A DNA stretch of 64,000 bases. Origin: Lama guanicoe (taxonomy: Eukaryota). The notes under the pieces were generated by a model. The model was not told the origin of the DNA, searched no databases, and saw only the letters and a program-made list of their open reading frames with translations. The position numbers were made by a program, and so were the translations under genes. The stretch lies in contig MU054220.1 in assembly GCA_013239625.1 (NCBI GenBank), positions 5,440,626 through 5,504,625 on the forward strand. Reading direction: 5' to 3'. Positions 23,528-36,314 of the stretch are shown here, in pieces. Each line of letters starts with the position of its first letter. The stretch's first letter is position 1.

Positions 23528-24031
23528 TCCATTCACTTTTAACACTGCATGCTTCATTGATAATTTAAGGCACAAGAGAAAGTCTGTTTTGTTCCGCTTA
23601 GCCAAGTGTGCCCCATTCCAAAATGATCTTCGATCCTCAGTGATAAAGCTGATATTATGAACTATATGATCATTCTTGGGCAGAATAAGCTGATAACTAG
23701 GATGGCTACCCCAGAACAGGTTCTGGTGTCTGAGTCCTCATGCAGCCAGAGCTACCTTTATTTTCCATGTACTACTACCGATCTGCCCATAGTGCCATCT
23801 TCTTCTTCCTTCATACTTATTTCATGTTAGGAGACTGATGGCCCTTCTGTGTCCTTGGGTCTACATCATGGCCAAGCCAGTACATCTGGATAATTTGTAA
23901 TGACTTTGAATCTTGGGGAGAATGACTTAGGCTCTTAATCTTTTCTTCTGGAAAGATACCTGTGTTTACTTACAAAGTTTCTCATTTTCTTCCTAAGAAA
24001 TAAAACTGCATATTTACAGTTTTTCTCATGC

Positions 24032-24032
24032 A

Positions 24033-24097
<65 letters not shown>

Positions 24098-24101
24098 CAC
24101 A
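24032..24101. repeat. Compound microsatellite (TA)n(TG)n(TA)n
   Basis: Read directly from the sequence. Confidence 0.97.
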
Positions 24102-24227
24102 TCCAAACTACAGCCTCAAATGAGACTTTGCCTTGTCTTATAATCCATCACATTTACTATTCTTTTAACTTACTTTTTAATATTTATCAGAATAACTTGG
24201 TTATGTAATTTTAAAAAGACAAATAGT

Positions 24228-24470
24228 AATTATAAAAGTTAATATTTATTATTAACTATGTGCCAAATATTGTTCTGAGTATTTTACATGTATTATCTCA
24301 TTTAATCCTCACGATTACCGTTACAGAACAGGTACTCTTGTTATTCTCATTGTAAAGATGAAGAAACTGAGGCTGAAAGTGGTTAAATAACTCACCCAGG
24401 TCACATAGCTGCTAGGGCTCAGAGTGCATTAAATCAAAGCAGTGTGATGCCAGACCCCGTGCTCTTACTC
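24228..24470 (-). mobile_element. Near full-length MIR SINE, within old L1M-like remnants (~24150-25050)
   Basis: tatctcatttaatcctcacg...aaagatgaagaaactgaggctgaaagtggttaaataactcacccaggtcacatagct. Confidence 0.9.
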
Positions 24471-25174
24471 CCAGCAAAACTCAGCTTACAAGTCTTCCGC
24501 AAAACAAAAATAGTAATCTCCTGCTCCCCTATCTCTTCTCCCCTGAGAGGCAATCTCTTCAATTACTTCAGTTGTTTCTTCTGGTACTTGCCTTCTTATT
24601 CTAATATTCTTTGTTTTACAATTTCAGATGTTATACATTATGTTTCAGCTGTGGAGGGTGATACTGCCATCACTGCCCTCCCCAGTGTTTTCCTCCTAAT
24701 ATAGACATGTCACATGTGGCTGGAATAACTATTTACTGTTTACACTATTATTATTACCACAGAAGTATTTTTTATTGGCTACATTTCCTTTTTGTACATA
24801 GCTATTCATGTTAGCTGGAGTTAATAAGTACCTCATTTATTCAGTTTCTTAATTTTCTGCTTCTATCACTAATTCTTTTTTCCCAAGCCCAGTTTTTCCT
24901 CAAGTTGTATAATTTCTATTAAACACATGAAAAGTATGTTGGCTCCTTTTCATTTTTTTTTCAAGCACTACCTTCTGGGATCCCCCAACTTCCTGCTTTA
25001 GTCTGAATATGGTCTTTAGATCTGTTCCATAGCTCTTTTCCTGGGACTTCTTATCACTTCCAGCCAGGGTTATGGCCACTGTTTTCAGGATCCTCTTCTA
25101 TGATTTTCTTCCTCAGCTTGGTGAAACACGTGTCGGAGGCTCTTCCTAAGGAAAAAGTGCATGAGCCACAAATT

Positions 25175-25384
25175 CTGTGCTCCAAAGAGCACATCTGTAT
25201 TGAGAGATTATGTACATTTCCTCTTAGATCTGCATTCAGTGACACTACATTAGTTATTTGAAATTGACCGTAGTACATTTGCTTCATAGAAATTAGCAAA
25301 CAGTCTAAATCAGTGCTTTTGTTTATTTGTTTGTTTGATTTTCCAGGAAAGGTAGTTGCTAAACATTTACCAGCATACCAATGC
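25175..25384 (-). mobile_element. hAT MITE, MER63-like
   Basis: ctgcattcagtgacactacattagttatttgaaattgacc...gttgctaaacatttaccagcatacca. Confidence 0.7.
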
Positions 25385-26689
25385 TGCTACCTGTTACATA
25401 TGAGCCTTTCAGTCTTGGGGTGGGTAGTAGAGGTTTACAGTGAAAACAGCTGAATCAACTGGTTTCTGGTCAGCGTTCTTCTCCGCCAACACTGGCTAAC
25501 TGACTCTCTGACCTGATGTTTTTCAGTGTCTTTCCATCTTGTAGAAATTTGTGATTTCTTTGTCATACATCTTTATTTTTCAGCTCTCAGTTAGGACATG
25601 TTTAAAGAGAGGGAGGCAATGAATGTATTTTTTTTTTAAATCCCACTACACATATCCAGAAATCCCACATTTAAATAGAAGAAAACTCTCTGGGTTCATT
25701 GCCTCTATCTCTGGTTGACATAGCAGATAATCTAAACCTTGGAATACCTTTCATCCCATGCGTGGATAGAGATATCACCCTTCAACTTTCACTGTAAAGT
25801 ATACTCCATGACTTCCTAAGGTACTCCCATGAAAGGCCCCTAAATTACTGACTCAGCTACCTTTTGCTTCCTCCACTGAAAGAACAAAGGCATTTTTATA
25901 CACCATCCGTGTCCGTGGATGATGAGAGAGACTCTGTGGCACGATCTTTGATTCTTTCTCTTAGCTTTATCCCTCAGCTGTTTGTCAGCCTACCACTTAG
26001 ATAGCATCTTACTGAAATCAGTACTCAATCAAGGGAGACTGAAATGACCCCAATCCGTGGCCAGAAAAGTAAGAAACAGGCTCTTAATTTGCTCTTATCC
26101 CAGATTTAGTGGTTATTTTAAACAGCTTTATCTAGCCATGGTTTTGCATGGAGAGCTAGGATGTGTATGTTTTACTGCTGAACCTCCCTCACTGCCATCC
26201 ACTTCCCATCCAGAACCTGCTAGACTGGCTGTTGTCTTCTACTTCCTGTTTGGTGGGGAGAAATAAACTTGCTGACATAATGTCCTCCAGTTTTCTAATC
26301 CACAATTCATGGTAAGACTCTGTCTTCAGATATTAAGCTTTGTTTTCTGTAGAGGTAGTTTCTAGAATTTGAAAATTCAGTTTTTTTTCTTGACGAATTC
26401 TGCCCTTCAAAACTAATGTATGTTCATATATTCTAAAAGTGTCAGCCTTGAGAATTGATACAAGCAGTTTTTTCTTTCTTTCTCTGGATTTTTTGCTTTA
26501 ACAATAGGAATCCTCCACAAAGCAAAGTCTAACTTTAAAAAGTGAAGGAAATTCCGTAATGTAAGAAAGAAACATAAAAGTACATCTCTCTCTCTCTCTT
26601 TCTATTTTACATGAATGGTAATTTAAGTAGTGGGGGTGTATGTGTGTGCACAAACTCTTTTAAGATGCTTAATAGAAAGAAGTCAGTAC

Positions 26690-27180
26690 CTGGTAGGGGG
26701 CAGTGTGGACCGGACAAATAGATAGTTAAAAAAAAATTAGTAAGAGCATGTTTTATTGCTAATGGGAGTGAATAATGCAGGGGAGGGGGAGACTTAAAAG
26801 ATAAGAAAGGCAGAGGATAATTTAAGAACTAAGATTATTGAGGAGTCAAGGGAGAAGGGGACCCAGGTCTTCTAAGTGGAGTTTAGGAGACTTCTTTTCT
26901 TAAAAACAAAAGGAAAGGTGAAGGTACTGACACGTTTATAGATTTAGTAGTGACACCTTGGGAGTTCATTGTTAAATAGCTCCTATTTTCTCATGAAATA
27001 TTAGGTAAGGTTATTAATGTGGAGAGAGGGTAGAAGGAGGTGTAAAATATAAAGAGAATGTAGAGGGTATGAAATCATAATTGTAGATAATAAGAGAAAG
27101 AGAAACACAAATACAAGATCTGGATTTGGTGATCCTTAGGGTCTTACTGAGTTTTAGACATTTGTAATTCTTTTACTGGT
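26690..27180 (-). mobile_element. Degraded L2 internal fragment
   Basis: Purine-rich tract with L2-like agagcatgttttattgctaatgggagtgaa and gctcctattttctcatgaaatattagg. Confidence 0.55.
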
Positions 27181-27755
27181 CCATTGGACATGTGAGTGTT
27201 TTTCTGATTAATGAGAGCTGAAGCAAGTATCTTCAGAATTTCCCCCACCCCATAATCTCATATGCCTTTGCCAGTTCTGAAGTTTTGTCATTAGAAGCTA
27301 TGAGACACTCTGCCTCTGGTCTTCCCAACTTAATGGATGGAGGAAATGGGTCTAAGATTCCATCAGTGCACAATTCACTGTTCTGTTCTTCTATTCTGAC
27401 TCTTGTGTTCCCCTCAGATTTGCCAGTTCCCCTGAAATGTATGAACAGAAAGTTAGAAAAAACAAATTAGTGATTTTTAATTTGCTTATTGTCAGAATCT
27501 TTACCTGTTACAAAAAATGTGCATGGAACCCAAAACTTAAAACAGATTAGAGAAAACTTGCTGTGGTTCAGTGATAGGATGAGGTCCTGAAGCTGTGACA
27601 AATGGGTCTCCACCTCGTCCCTCCAGTTAGCCTCATGATACTTAATGCTTTGCAGTGCACATTCTGTGGATCACTACTTCAACTTTTTCTGGTTTTGGCA
27701 TAGTTATAAAATTTTGATTCTTTAGTTAAATCATTTAAGAAATTTAAGTCATAGC

Positions 27756-27921
27756 TTCTTAGAGCTTTAAGACTGTCTGTGAACTAATCCTCTGTTTCAC
27801 ACTTGAGAAACCTGAGGCCCAAAGAAGTGATGTGATTTGCCTTCAATCGTTAAGATGGTGTCAGAGCCAGAACTGGAACTCTAGTCTCCTAATATCCAGA
27901 TTGATGCATTTTCCACTACAG
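27756..27921 (-). mobile_element. MIR (MIRc/MIR3-like)
   Basis: gagaaacctgaggcccaaagaagtgatgtgatttgcc...agagccagaactggaactctagtctcct. Confidence 0.8.
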
Positions 27922-29007
27922 TGACCTACTCTGAAGCTCAGGGAGACCTTGCAGAAGATCTTTTCTTTGTAATCATGCAGAGGAAGCTATGTTTAGACTC
28001 TTGAAGAGGCATATTTGTGCCAGCTTGTCTCTTTGCTAGCACTGACACATTGTTCGTTTAATTTGCTCAGTCTTCTACTCCATTAGCTTTATCCTATGGT
28101 GGGGCTGGCCCATTTATCCCTGCTTAAAATTTAATCAGACATTTCACTGCTCATCAACATTTTAACGGGACCATTTAGAGCACTGAAACTTCACACATCT
28201 CTGCTTAATTACTGCTAGCCGACAGATGTCACTTTCACTGTCCTCTCTTCCCTGCCTCCTCCAGTTGCACAGATCTGAAGGAGAAAGGTATTCTTTAAAT
28301 AAACCTTAAAGCAGAAACACAATCAGATTAATGGAGAGACAGCAACCTCCTGTTTCTGCTTGATTGGAATCTAGTCATTTAGGGAAGTTAAAGGCTGCAT
28401 CTGGTACTGCATCAGGACTTGAAGCCCAGTCTCAATTTTTTTGTTGTACAGAGTGAAAGGGTCATGGGAAGTAGAAGGGATACAGAATAAATGACTAGAC
28501 TCCTCAATCTGCCATGCTTGTCATGCCTTTCTTAGGCTACTGTCTGCTCATGCTTGTTCCTTGTTCAACTGTGAAATTGGAATCACACGAGAAATGTTGC
28601 ATTTCCATTGCCAAGACTCCTCTCATGACGGAGCACAAGGAAAGGAGGACTGCTTTTGGAGCTAGAGAAAAACATGGCAGGTAACAAGCACTCTTGGCAT
28701 GTAATAGTAGGCCAAATTTATTTTGTATCATCAAAGCCTGGTTCTCTCCAACCACATACTCCTTCCCCCTACCACACACATGTAAATACTGTTTTCAAGG
28801 ACACTATAAATATTATTGCAGGAAGCATCTGAATATGAAAAATTCGTTTAAACTGAGATGTTAATAGCTTATGCCCTTTTCTCTAAGACAGTCACAGAAA
28901 GAATAGGGCCATGTTTGATGCTTTGAGAATATGGAAAAATTTCATATGACTAATTGGTATTCTTGCATTGAATAAAATGGGATCTACACAGGCTGATTCT
29001 AATTTAC

Positions 29008-29504
29008 TGTATCAGTTTTCCAGTGCCAGAATAATGCTGTATAACAATCATAAAATTTCAGTGGCATAGAGCAATAAATGTGTTTGCAAGCTACAACTCC
29101 TCTGAGCAGGCTCAGGTAATCTCAGATGGGCTTGTTCATGAACCTGCAATCAGCTGCTGCTCGACTGGGGGGTTTGGCTGTTTGGAGATGGGCTTGCTCA
29201 GATGTCTGGAGGTCTCTAGGTAATGGGATTGATCTGTGATGGACTTGACTGGGATGATTGGATCAGCGTGACTCTGCACCACATGTCTTTCATTTCTAGA
29301 AGGCTAGCTCAGACATGTTTTTATTGAAATAAAAGAGGTCAAGAGTGCAAGTAGAACTCATATCTATTTTAAACCCCATTGACCAAAGTAAGTCTCATAG
29401 CCAAGTCCAGAGTCAGATTAGCAGGATATTATAAGATTATATTGAAAAGGTTGTCGATAGAGGGAAGGGTGAGGAATCAGGAAAAGAATGCAATAAATCT
29501 ACTA
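29008..29504 (-). mobile_element. MaLR solo LTR (MLT1F/G/H-like)
   Basis: tgtatcagtt...aataatgctgtataacaa; cccattgaccaaagtaagtctcatagccaagtccagagtca. Confidence 0.75.
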
Positions 29505-29509
29505 TGCCT

Positions 29510-31895
29510 GAAGATGAAAGACTGAATGCTTCCTACCTAATATCAGGAACAGGACAAGGATATTCACTTTCACCACTTGGCATGTAATTGGTAAGGAAAA
29601 CAAAGGCATAATATTGGAAAGGAAGAAGCAGATCTTTGTTCCTTCAGGATGACAGGATCAAATTTATAGGAAACCCTAAAGAACTTACTAAAAATATTAC
29701 AATTAATTAGCAAATTTAGCAAAGCTATGGGGTACCAGGGTAATATTTTAAAAATCTATTGTATTTGTAGATATTAGCAACTAAAATTTAAAAATGAAAT
29801 TAAACAGAAAATACTTAGAAATAAATTTTGATGTGTAAGATCTTATCACTTCAAAATATAAGCTACTACTAAGATAAGTTAAAGAAGATTTAAATAGATG
29901 GAGTTACATGATGTTCTTGTATTGAAAAACCTCAATAATATTAGGACAGCAATTTCCTCAAACTTTGTCTCTAGATTTAATACAATCCATATCAAAATCC
30001 CTGCATTTTATTTTATAATTTGACAAATTGATCCTAAAATGTATATGGAACTGCAAAACAACTAAAAATACACGACAACTCTGAAAAAAAGAACAAAATT
30101 AGATGACTAACAGTATCTAATTTTTAAAACTAATAAAGCTATGGTAATCAATACCATACAGTTTTGACAGAAGAACAGACACAGATCAGTGAAACAGAAC
30201 CGAGAATTCAAAAATAGACCCAATCAGTGGTCAACTGATTTCTGACAAAGATATTTTGTGGTTTCAAAACCGGGAGCAGATGGACCACCTCTCAGTTAAT
30301 AAGTGGGATGATGACAGTCCACACATCAAGAGAATTTGAGAGAAAATGTATTAGTCACACATGGGAGTCCTGGGGAGAGCAGGTCAGACACAAGTAGGTC
30401 CAGGCTGGCTTGAATGAGGCAGAGAGAGTGGGGTGGGACTTTGTAGGAGCTGGAGGTGCCACTTAGGTAAAGTGTCTGCTTACTGGATGGAGCTTTGGAA
30501 GGTCTGAGTTTCCTGTTGGTACCTGCCCAGATGTGGGGCAGAATGGGACAAGGGAAGTGGGGCTTGAAAGTTGTCAGCAGCTAAACATTCAAAATGGAGT
30601 CAAAATGTTAATTACAGGTTCAGAGGTAATTCAGGGCAGAAAGGGTTATATTTTTAAAAAATATAATCCACATGGAAAAAATGAACCTTGATTCTTTTAT
30701 CACAACTTACAGAAACATTAATTAAAAATGGATCACAGATTGAACATGAGTTAAAACCATAAAAAGTTTAGGAAAAAACAGGATAAAAGTCTTTGTTTCC
30801 TTGAGTTAGGCAAAGGTTTTTTTTTTAGTTTGGACACAAAAAGCACAAACTGTAAAAGAAGAAAAAAGATGAAATGGGCTTCATCAAAATTAAAACTTGC
30901 TTGTTGAGAGCTACCATTAAGAAGGTGAAAAAGGAAGCCACAGATTTGGAGAAAATATTTGCAAAAAAATATCTGACCAAGAAATTGTATCAAGAATATA
31001 TAAAGAAGTCCTATGACTCAATAATAAGTCATATAACCCCATTTCAGAAAAGGGCAAAAGATTTAAACAGACACTTCACACACACATACAAAAAGAATAC
31101 AGATAGCAAGCAGCACATGAAAAAAATGTTCAACATTATTGGTCATTATAGGGAAATTCAAACTAAAAACACAATTAGTTACCATTAGACATTCACTATA
31201 AAACTGAAATTAAGACTGAAAATTATAAGCATTGTTGAGAATTTGCAACAACTGAACTTTTGTATACTGTTGGTGAGAATAAAAAACACCGGCCACTTTG
31301 GAAAGCAGTTTGACAGTTTTCTTATAAAGTTAAATGTGAACTTTCCAAATGACCCAGCCACTCTTTTTGATGTCTACCCATGAAAAAATGAAAACATATG
31401 TCCACAAAAAGAGTTCTACAAGATTGTTCATAAGCATTATTCATAAGAGCCCCAAATTGAAAATAGACCAAATATCTCATCAACTGGCAAATGGATGAAT
31501 AAATTTTGGCATAGCCATACTGTAGAATTTTGTTTAGCAGTAAGAGGGATCAAAATAGTATTACTCATAATATAATGTGGATTGATCTTAAAAGCATTAT
31601 GCTACCTGAAAGAAGATTAAAATAAAATCAAATACTGTATGATGATTCCATTTATAGGAAATTCTAGACAGGGCAAAACCATAGTCACATGGATCATTGA
31701 TTTTCTGGGGGTGGAGGGTAGAGATTGTCTGCACAGGGATGTAAGAGAACATTTTGGGATTATGGAAGTGTTCCAAATTGTGGAACTTGATTGTGGTGGT
31801 GGCCGCACCGTTGTGGACATTTGTCAGTACTCATCAAACTGTTTAAATTGACCAGTTTTATGGCTTATACTTCAGTAAAGCTGAGTAATATTTTT
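29510..31895 (+). mobile_element. L1ME1-like ORF2 3' half plus 3' UTR, split by an LTR
   Basis: ORF 30874-31188 FIKIKTC...ATDLEKIFAK...AKDLNRHF is ORF2p-like; L1ME-type 3' end ggaaattctagacagggcaaaacc...atacttcagtaaagctg. Confidence 0.85.
30254..30616 (-). mobile_element. ERVL-class solo LTR (LTR47/MER54-like) nested in the L1
   Basis: Reverse complement begins tgtaattaacattttgactccattttgaatgtttagctgctgacaactttcaagccccac...tgccccacatctgggcag; L1 ORF2 resumes on both sides. Confidence 0.7.
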
Positions 31896-32614
31896 AAATT
31901 GATAACATTATTTTCTGCCATGGGACCAGAGGATCCAAAGTCCTTTATTTGCCTTCTTACAGACCTTAGTGTACCAGGAAATACTGCTGTTCTGATATCT
32001 TTGCTCTTAAACTATGAAAGGGGGCCTAATGAGGTTAGTTGAGAACCCCATGTTCATACGGGAAAACAAAGCTGCGTCTTTCCCAAAGAGATCTGTATTT
32101 GTCAGGATACTCTGCCTCTTTCTCAGGGCATGTGTTTGGGTCACATGTCTTATTATAAGAATATTCATCAAAATGGACTGTAATCCTCTGGTGTTCTAGT
32201 GCCAAAGAAAATCATCTAGTGCTTGTGAATAATCGATCTCTCTGAAAACCAAAGAGGCCAGAGATGATGCTGGCCAGAACTGTAGGAAAAATGATACAGT
32301 CTTTCCTTACTTTGCCAATCCTTGCCTTTCTTTCTGTGTCAAGAATAAAGGTACTTATCTATTGATAAGATCATATCTCTCTATTAGGTTTTTAGCATAT
32401 AATCTACTTGATACTTACGGCTGCTTACTTGGGGTTTGGCAGTGCTAACTATATTAGAATCTGTGCTTTGTGGTTCAGGCTAGTGACTACATCTTAACAC
32501 ATACTGTGAATGGGAAGAAAGGAGAAATCTGTTGATTTTTGCTGAAGGTCTGGTTATTCCATACAGCAGTTGGAGGATACCCCATTGCTAATTGCTCATT
32601 TGACTGAACTTAAG

Positions 32615-32742
32615 TTTTTTGAGGTGGGGAAGGGAGGTAATTAGGTTTTCTATTTATCTATTTTAATAGAGGTACTGGGGACTGAACCCAGGACCTCATG
32701 CATGCTAAACACACGCTCTACTACTGAGCTATCCCTCCACCT
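32615..32742 (-). mobile_element. Camelid tRNA-Ala-derived SINE (Vic-1-like) with 3' tail
   Basis: Reverse complement: ggatagctcagtagtagagcgtgtgtttagcatgcatgaggtcctgggttcagtccccagtacctcta...aaacctaattacctccc...An; TSD ctgaacttaagt / ctgaatttaaat. Confidence 0.88.
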
Positions 32743-32991
32743 CTGAATTTAAATGTCTATTTGTAAAGTCACATTTTGCCACAGTTAAAACTCTGTGTTC
32801 CCAAATAGGTGTTGCTCAGTTGATATATCTTGCTTTGGAGAATGCTCACTAAAGTACATGTGCAGGTGATCCCTAAAATGTGTCACTTGATAGTGGATGT
32901 GGCGTTGAGAAGGCAGGCTGGTACCTGAAGGTTTGTATTGGTTGGTAAATAGAGATTCGACTAATGTAGAACCTAAATAAAAATCTTGGAG

Positions 32992-33142
32992 TCATTTACT
33001 CTAAACTTTCATTACATACATTAGGAAAGTTAGGCACGAGAAGTTAAACAATTTGTCCAAGGTAACAAAGTATGCCAGTGATAGACCTGGGACTAAAACT
33101 GTTTCTGACCCTTGTTCTATATTCTTACCACTATACCATGCT
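32992..33142 (-). mobile_element. MIR SINE
   Basis: ggaaagttaggcacgagaagttaaacaatttgtccaaggtaaca...ttcttaccactataccatgct. Confidence 0.75.
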
Positions 33143-34519
33143 ATATACTTCAAGCCTAATAAAAATTCAAATATCATATGCAGAAGAGGAGACATTCCCC
33201 AAACAGGAGTGGTGCTAGGGCCCTATATTCTAATGCTATGTGTTGATTTTAGCCAATATCTGTGGTATTCAAAGGGACTCATGTTTTTGCAGGCTTACAG
33301 CATTACTTAAGTTGGTAAGAGGCAGAAAGAAAGTAACTAGGTGGGGATTTTAATAGTTCCTGGTAGTAAACAAAGTGACAGCCTCATAGAATTTGATTCT
33401 GCTTTCAATATTTTATAACAGTTCACTTTACTCCAAATGAATGGTATTTCATGGGTTGCAGGATAAATTTCTTTTATAAAGGTTCTTACTCTTTAAGAAA
33501 TATAGACATGGCCATAAAAAACAATTCAGTCTTTTACCTCATTGCCTCCTTTTTCAACTGGTAATAAATTGTTGGCTGAGGCCAGATAGGCACATAATAG
33601 GCAATGGGAAAACCTTCCATCGATGAAGAGATTTATCTCTGAATAGTCTGAGAAACATTCCTTTATGCAATAAATACTAGAGGTGGGAGATAGGGGCCAA
33701 CGAGGATTGCATAGACTATAAAGAGACATTTGTCAGGATGATGGTAAATATCAGCTTTCAAAAAAAGAGAATTCTATAAACCACAGTCAGTACCTAAGTT
33801 TTTTTTGTGTGCTGCTTTTGACAGGATCTGCCTTAAGCATAATCCCCTTAAACAGATTTATTCTAGACTTCCACAGAGATTTTACCCACCACTCTTCTCT
33901 GTCTCATGTTGAAGCCTTATTGCTATGTAACCTTAACCACATCTTTTTGGTAATTTGATTGATTTTATTAGTTCAGCAGAGTTCAGTTTATTCCATTTCT
34001 TATACCTGATACCTGTACAGGTCATTACGCACAGGGACAGGGAATTTCCAAGGTTATTCTTAGATAATCTTTTGGAAAATGCTTAATGAGTAGAAAGTAC
34101 TCAATAATTAACTATTGATTGCTTGTTGGAACTGGCTGTTCTCCTCCCTCAAGAACTCTCGACTTGCTTTTTCAAATGATGACTTTTAAGATGTTACTAA
34201 TGTTTTGTGAGCTCTTTATTGTCGATTTATATGATTCTCCCTTCTCCTGGAGCTATCATTATTTTTATAGTTCCTTACATCATGGAGGAGACTACTGGTG
34301 GACAAGCACCCTGTATGGCTTGTATTATATCTCTAAAATTATGCTTATTTTACTCTTAGTGCAAGGACTGAAGCTAAGTATAAATAATGGAAGATGCAAT
34401 TTGATTACCAAGAACTGTATTCTGATTTGTCACCCAAGTTATATTTTCTTTAACCAGAAATTGAAATTGTGAATTTGCTTGTTGATCATCATGTTAACTT
34501 TATATGAATAGAAAAAAAT

Positions 34520-34568
34520 GGTTGACCCTTGAACTACACAGGGGTTAGTGCTGCTGACCCTCAGCACA
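34520..34568. mobile_element. Tigger2-family terminal fragment
   Basis: ggttgacccttgaactacacaggggttag; same TIR as at 22860-22888 in the opposite orientation. Confidence 0.7.
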
Positions 34569-34571
34569 AAA

Positions 34572-34735
34572 ACCTTGGGGCAGGTATTGCTAGTACCCAT
34601 ATTTTGTAGATAGGAGAATTGAGACTCAAACAGGTCAGGTAATTTGCCTGAGGTCACTCACCTATAGCAAAACCAGGACTTGAACTCACACTTGTGTGAT
34701 TCTGTTGCCCCTGGCTTGAACCTAAATGCTGTGCA
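34572..34735 (-). mobile_element. MIR SINE
   Basis: cccatattttgtagataggagaattgagactcaaacaggtcaggtaatttgcctgaggtcac. Confidence 0.85.
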
Positions 34736-35779
34736 GCATCACAAGTGAAGGCTTTGATAGGCCCAGTTCCCCTCTGCAGTCTCACCTAGCTTTAGCATGA
34801 AGACACCGGGATTTTGTTCTCTCTTTATTCCCAGGAATTGATGACCTTCTTGGCATTTAGTTTGTATTTAATAAATGTTTGCTGGATGAATGTGTGCGTA
34901 GGAAAGGAGTCTCCTCCTCAGTGTTTTTGCTCTGCTCTTGGATGGCTTCTCATTTCATTTGTTAAAACACAGATGATAATGCAGAAGCACTAAGATGGAC
35001 AAAGAGGGTCAAATATCCAAGTTAAAATGTTTTATTCCAAACACGAACAACACAGCATTCTAATGAAAGTACTGAACATAACAGCTTTTTTTCCCCCTCC
35101 TGCAAAGAGTCCAATTATTCGTGAAGTGAAGGACAAAGACATTTTGTAGTGTTTTGAAGAAAGAGAAACATATATCAGAGGGTGCAATGAAGTTTTTGGT
35201 AATGAAGTTTTGCCTTTCTTCACCAAGCCTATCTTACAACATACATTCTTAATGAAAGAAAAGATCAACAAGCCACAAACTTATCTTTTCTGTGAGAGAT
35301 AAAGCAATTAGGAAATACAAGAGAAAAGAAAGAAAAAAGCTTCAACAAACTGGAATAATTACAAGCATTATAAGAAAATCAATAAAATCAAACCTATTCT
35401 CAAGGCAACAAGTCTATTTAAACATTGTTGCAGACTTTCGGATCATTACAAAGAAATCTTGGAAGATTTCAGTGGAATTAAAGAAAACCGAAATTATTAG
35501 GACCAAGCAAAGCTGGCAAGTGGCAACTTACATGCTTTACAAGGATGTCACCTCATGAGATATGTCCTTATGTGGAAAGAGATCTGCAGCGGTCCTCAAA
35601 TTAACTGAATCAGATTAGAATAGGCAAGAGTTGGGATTCACTTCCTTTTGACCGAGTTACTGGTTAGTCATTTTAGTCTTACTCATCAGTCAATAATATT
35701 GAGTTACAATTAAAAGCATAGGACTGTGCTAGATAATGTGGGAGGAAACTTATTTTCTGGTGCTCTGTCCGTTGAGTTG

Positions 35780-36045
35780 GTTTCAAAACTCTGACTCATC
35801 CCTTAAAAGTCATATCAATTGCAACCTCCTCTGTGACACTGGCCCTGATTCTTTTAGGCAGAGTGAATCACTTCCTTTTGTGGGCTGGGCAGCAGTTTAT
35901 TTGGTCCTGAACTCTCCCTTGCATATCTCTCACAGCCCGTAGTCATTGCACTGTTATGATTTGCTTATAGCTGTCCCTCAGATTAAGAGTTATCTTATTG
36001 ATAGCAGGTGATCAAAGAATGTTTTCTGTCGAATGAATAAAGGAA
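35780..36045 (+). mobile_element. L2 3' end (a further opposite-strand L2 tail lies at ~36115-36235)
   Basis: actcatcccttaaaagtcatatcaattgcaacctcctctgtgacact...gaatgttttctgtcgaatgaataaa. Confidence 0.6.
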
Positions 36046-36314
36046 CAAATCTAGAAAACAGAACAGTTATCTTACCCTTGTGCCCATTTATCAACCTCTC
36101 CTGTGAAATGGTTTTACATCACTTATTCACTTATTATTAGACAAATATTTACTGAGAACTGATTATATCCCAGGCACCTTGTTCAGTAAGAGAGGTACAG
36201 AAATAAGACATGGTTTCTGAAATCAAGATTTAGGAAATTGGTAAATTTATTAAAAATACTTTCCCATATGTTATGTGTTTTTACAGCAACAACATTAACA
36301 AAAAAAAACTGGTC

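Noticed and set aside
33590..34420. Possible degraded CR1/L3 RT-region remnant
   Set aside because: Only faint resemblance; cannot be supported without a profile search
22736..34657. Similar peptides in two distant ORFs (CIVQGSTI / CVVQGSTI)
   Set aside because: Both are translations of the Tigger2 terminal inverted repeat, not paralogous exons
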